A DNA stretch of 64,000 bases, taken from Dimorphilus gyrociliatus (taxonomy: Eukaryota > Animalia > Annelida). Shown one piece after another: positions 59,056 through 64,000 of the stretch. The DNA lies in NCBI GenBank assembly GCA_904063045.1, contig CAJFCJ010000007.1:3913404-3977403 (forward strand). Reading direction: 5' to 3'. The position numbers and the translations under genes are program-made. The notes under the pieces were generated by a model. That model did no database searches, was not told where the DNA came from, and worked only from the letters and a program-made list of their open reading frames with translations. How positions within the stretch are numbered: the first letter of the stretch is position 1; every line of letters begins with the position of its first letter.

Positions 59056-62000
59056 CTATACACCGTGTAACAACGACGATTCAATTATAAAAGGAATGTC
59101 GTTTAGCGAATCTAATAAACCTGCTATAAGGTTCACCAAAGACGGGGATCTTAGAAAAGAGTTTTCATCGTACATGTGAACAGTAGGAATCGATTGACTA
59201 GCAGCGAGCATCCATTTCTGCAGCATTTTAGATTGTAAACCCAGAAGAATGAATATCGTAAATTTTCCGTCTTTACCAACGTTGATTGGCGATCTTTGAA
59301 TTTTAGCAACGACTGTAGTGTATCGTTGAAGAGCGTCTCTTGTCGTTTCATTTAATTCGTTTACATAGGCGCCTTGAAGTAATTGAAGAAAGTATTGAGC
59401 CATCTTCTCAACGTAATCCCATACAAAGAGTTTTTTACTGAAATAATTTGTTTTTGACTTAAAATTAAAAGTAAAGACGAGTTCGAGAGCTGGAACCAGC
59501 CCATTTTCACCACACAACAATTGGGTTAGCGAAGTCCTATCTGATTCTGGTTTATGATGATACTTGACTAATCTATTTATAGCTTCTGCTAACATACCCT
59601 GAACATAATTTTCCCTCAAGTGACTAGCGCCACCTCTTCTGGGCAGAGACGGTGATCTAAATCTAGGTGGTGTTTGATATCGTGTCCACTGATCGGGTTC
59701 GGCATTCATCAATGACTCGGCTATCAGTATTCGCTCCATAGCACCATCGTCAACATCTCTTCCTAACCACCTTCCACAAGGGAGTCTGTAGCACAGACTT
59801 GTCAGCTCATTTCTTACTAAAATTTGATCAAGAAACCACTTCGCTCCAGTGTCTACATGGCCAATCTTAACTGTCAGTAACACGCCAAGATTCCGATGAT
59901 TAATAACAAAATCCAATGACTGTTCAGGTATCGTAATTTTCGGTGATTGATCTATTGATCCATAAAGTGTAAGATGAACTTGAGAAGGAAGCTGAGCGCT
60001 TCCAGTTAATTTCGCTGTTCTTGGACAAATAATTACTCGATAAGGCATAGTGATTGATATATGAGTAGATGTGAAGCATTGATAATCTACAGCGTCCAAA
60101 CTGAGCAGATAGCTTAGTAGTTGCTCCCTCTCTTCCTCACTTCTGAGTAGCGCAAAACGTTTATATCGCTCTTTAAGCAAAACCTCATCCTCAAGTAAAC
60201 TTCGAAGGTGCTGTGCAAGTAATTTTTTCTCAATGGCTAACCGTATGAAAGCTCTCGCATATCCAATACTTGTTCTTAGTTCTGATAATTTATGAATATT
60301 AGTTATATCTTCTAATAATGATGATGTGGAGAAGGTTTCCAAACTTTCAATACTACCCCTTCGAGACCTACTTCGATGATGACCAGGACGAGGTAGAGAG
60401 GCAGACCTAGAGTTAAAATCTGAGGCCGTAAGAGAATTTTTTCTCTTCATCTGTCTTTCCCTACAAATCGGTATTCGCCCCTCATTCTGTTGCTTAAAAG
60501 CGCTTAAGTGAAGCCACAAAGCGGAACGACCATTAGATTTACTGCTAACTCCATGAGCCCAAATTCTCTCCAGTAAATCGCATAGCGACGTTACTAATGT
60601 ATTTTCCTCAACTCCAGTAACTATTAGGGAAATAAGTGATGTTTATTGAATAAAAAAGATTCCGGAAAACGTGTGCGTAATGTATAAAGCGTATAAAATT
60701 GAAGAATAAAAAAAAAAATGACAAGTACAAACCGAAAGAATCGCCATGGCCTAGCTCTTGAGCTTCATTTCTATCCAGTTTTATGACTAACATTTTCTTA
60801 GTTTTAGATTTACACTCCTTTAGTAGAGCCTCAACAAATTTCCAGTTGGTATGACCCATCTCATTTGGATCTTGAAATGATACTAGCTTAGGCGTGTCTG
60901 ATAGATGGTCTCGTCTCTGTTATTAATGCATAACTTATTTAAGCTGAATTCTATGAATAAATTATTTAATTTGAACCGTTTTTGTCTGCAATAGAGAATC
61001 CATTCTCTTTTTATACTTTGCTTTTACTTTTTTCTCTCTGAAATGGAGATAAAACATAAAATATTAAATAATCAAAATATTGATGAAATACGATAAGTTT
61101 TAACAATATAAATATTTAAGACTAACGGTAAAATTTCTCTTTTAAGTAAATGATCGTTAAGATTTCTTAAACATCCTTCCGATTGTTTATCAGATTTATC
61201 TGCTTTATAAAAATAGTTGTATTTGTACCATTTTATTTAGCAAATAAACAATAGATACTTACCCGAGAGGCCATTTGTCGAGTCCAAAGGTCTCGGATCA
61301 GAGGCTTTAATAGAAACGTTTGTTATTCTTAGCCGTATGGCTTTTAATATATCGTCAATTTGACTTGTTTTGATAAATCGCACACTCTCGTGATTTTTGT
61401 AAACCTTTTGAAATTCTTCCAAACGAGAATCAAAAAGTTTCACAAAGCATGGCAATTTAAAATCGACTCCTAAACAATATTTCTTTGAATCCGTAAAGTT
61501 AGCAAACATTTGTGTGTCAAAAAAGGCTGCTAAAAACGGTATTTGAGCTGGAGGATGTTCTGCTAAAAATGCATGTTTGTCAAATGCACCGTCCTCTTTA
61601 CTGATGAAAGATTCATAATTGTTCATTACGACTAGCATATAGTGCAGGAATAATTCCCTTATCATGGTGTTATCAGAATACCATTCAATCTGCAGGTCAG
61701 TAGAATACATTGCGGATGATTCATTTCCATCCGTCGGAAAGTTATGAAATGATGCGGAACTAGGTAGTTTCCTAGGTGGACTTGAAACAGGAACTTGCAT
61801 CTCACTTAGGAAATCTGTTACGTCATCTATCGACTGAAAAACACCGGCATTCTTGGCTATTTCGGCGACTTGAGTAAATGCCGGATTAGTCTTCTGTAAC
61901 TGTTGAAGTTTACCACTCAAACTTTGCATAGAATCAGACTGTGACGGATGATTTTGCTCAAAACTTTTTAGGCTATCAATACTGGCATTAGAATCACCAT

Positions 62001-63429
62001 GATGTAATCGTTTATTCTCTTTTTGCTCTTGAAGATCTGTCAACTGTTTAACTAAATCTTCTCGAAGAGAGGCTCTATTAGGTAATTCGGGAAGGTCTTC
62101 TGGCAGGGTAACATGAGCTTTGTCTATGTCAACAACGCACATATTAGCTTGAAGAGTCTCCTCGCTGATGAATGCGTCGTCCTTTGACCTACGTAGACCC
62201 ATTATAAATGGTACAGGTGCTTCAATAAAATGGCGATTAGATGTTGGCAAAATGGGAACGTAGGTTTGAGACCAGGCGAAAGGAAATATCAAAGCTGTCA
62301 AGCATTCTGCTACAGACATAAGATATTCATATTCTAGAATAAAGAAAAAACTCTATCGTAAGACCAAAAGAAGAAAAGGAAAAGTTTGAATTACCCTCAG
62401 AATATAAAAGAATTTGATATTCTAACAAAATGCAAGTATAAATGTTGAGAACATCTTCTATACCAAGTAGTCGAAATATTTCCAGTATTGGATAATCCAT
62501 TGGAGGCAGTTCGTTAGTTCCTGCAAGACACCTGTGTAAACATCATGTTCACTTTAGATAGAGAAAACATACCTGGTCTCTGACAAACGATAGTGTGAGC
62601 ACCACTCTTGAAAGACACACTTGAAGCTGGCGTAGGGCAGGGGATTTCGTACAGAATATTATAAATATAGCTTTCTAAATTTAATTCAACTTTGTCAAGA
62701 CCCATAACAACTCTATATAAGGCGCTTAAAATTTTCTGCATAACGTCGATAAAAGGCAATCTCGATAGAACGCACAAAACTTTAGTGGCGTAGAGAGTAT
62801 CCTCTGCCAAAGAATAAGAACGAACATTTGTAGACGAGGCTTTTCTTTTTATTTTTGGGCTAATCTTATAAACGCGTTCGCCTAGGTGAGGTTGCAGGGT
62901 CTTCGATTGAATGTTTTCCAATTCAGCCATGTGCATTGCGAGTAAAGTATTCATTGCAGTACAAATTTCTGCATTATTAATTTGTTCGTAGAAAGTTAGA
63001 GCAACTCCAAATGTCATAGTTCCGTCCTCTCTTGTTATGATGAATGTATGAACAGAAGTTTTGCGTTTGTCTTTTTGAGTTGCAAACAAAACTCCGCAAG
63101 GATGACACATCTTTATAGTAATATTGGCGCATAATTAATATTTACTTAAAGTTTGTTTTCTTCCCGTGTTACTCACCAAACTAACTGCATTTTCATCGAA
63201 TTCTAAACCCGGTACATTCTGAGGATAATGCGCTAAAACATCCGGCTTATATGATCTATATAAAGGTGCCCGATGAAGATTATCATCTAAAAAATACTTT
63301 TTTTTTACAATTTTTTACGTCATAGAAATAGCTCTTACTTGCAAACTGATTCGGTTGCAATCCGTGTCGCACATCCAGCCCACAAATTGCAAAGTAATCA
63401 ATGATTCTTTCTTCACTTTGTTCAGTCAT
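59056..63429 (-). CDS. DENND5: DENN domain-containing protein 5 (uDENN-DENN-dDENN, RUN, PLAT, RUN), multi-exon
   Basis: [104 protein letters not shown]. Confidence 0.96.
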
Positions 63430-63544
63430 ATTCAATATATATATTATTCAAAAAACATAATAGTATTTGGTGTTAATATCTTTTAAAAATAATCTGTTGA
63501 CAAATTTCGTAAGGATTTTGTTTGCGAAATCGTCTTTTAGTCGG

Positions 63545-63607
63545 CGCCATGTTTGTATATCTAATTGATTAGACTACCAACCGTTTCGGAGAATGATATT
63601 TCGCGCC
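63545..63607. promoter_or_regulatory. YY1-type motif (CGCCATGTT, 63545-63553) and E2F-type motif (TTTCGCGCC, 63599-63607) upstream of DENND5
   Basis: Motif matches 115-180 bp before the DENND5 ATG. A YY1-like AAAATGGCCG also occurs at 39817-39826 next to ATP5F1A. Confidence 0.35.
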
Positions 63608-63758
63608 AATTTTTCAAAACTACAATACAAGTCATAGTATTTTATTTCATTGATAAAAGTTAAAATATTCATTTAAAAGTACAATTATTTCCATTTTTTA
63701 TGCGAAGATATGTAATAACATCAAGTTAAAAATGATTATGCTTTCTGTTATTTTGAAG

Positions 63759-64000
63759 TCAAATTCCCAAGTTTTCGAATTTTCCAGGTAATTCTCTTGG
63801 TCCACCAACGTTATCAATTTTATTCGGAAAACCTAAATTATTATTGTAAACATTAAGCCAAAAATTTTAATAAATTAATGGAAGAACTTACTTAGACTCT
63901 GTCCATTACAGCAAATTTCAGCAGGTTCTAAACAACACTGATCAGCAGCTGAATCTATAGCGGAATGGGGATTCTTGTTTCGTCGTAAACGATTGGTTAT
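63759..64000 (-). CDS. 3' end of an unidentified gene (exons 64000-63892 and 63832-63759)
   Basis: Open frame ITNRLRRNKNPHSAIDSAADQCCLEPAEICCNGQSL|SFPNKIDNVGGPRELPGKFENLGI* with a phase-consistent gtaagt...tag intron. Family not recognised. Confidence 0.6.

Overview
AT-rich (roughly 30% GC by eye), gene-dense eukaryotic DNA with mostly 45-80 nt GT-AG introns. It is an invertebrate animal with a very compact genome. The protein style fits a lophotrochozoan, and a miniaturised annelid such as Dimorphilus would fit, but this is inference. I saw no rRNA, tRNA, CRISPR array or intact mobile element. The supplied ORF track is fragmented by introns, so I rebuilt genes by hand from splice signals. 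I find 21 genes: PGAP2 (3' part, +), TRAM1 (+), PEX1 (-), MTF1 (+), an orphan SOCS-box protein (-), NKCC/SLC12A2 (+), Su(H)/RBPJ (-), RGS22-like (+), cytochrome b5 (-, missed by the track), MATCAP-like (+), a 2xPBZ-PARP-BRCT protein (-), PSME3IP1/FAM192A (+), ATP5F1A (-), ANKMY1 (+), IFT80 (+), HID1 (-), ALDH4A1 (+), two head-to-head Ly6/three-finger genes (-/+), DENND5 (-), and the 3' end of an unidentified gene (-). The main leads are: (1) a PAR reader-writer protein (two PBZ fingers, H-Y-E ADP-ribosyltransferase domain, BRCT) whose stop codon overlaps the MATCAP CDS on the opposite strand; (2) a cluster of CSL binding sites inside the Su(H) gene itself, suggesting autoregulation, plus an Ala-to-Thr change in its RAM-binding pocket; (3) near-perfect strand alternation of genes (17 of 20 neighbour pairs); (4) a candidate alternative exon in cytochrome b5 giving a soluble or CaaX-ended isoform; (5) X-box-like motifs ahead of ciliary and microtubule genes. 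Family assignments come from recalled motifs, not database searches.
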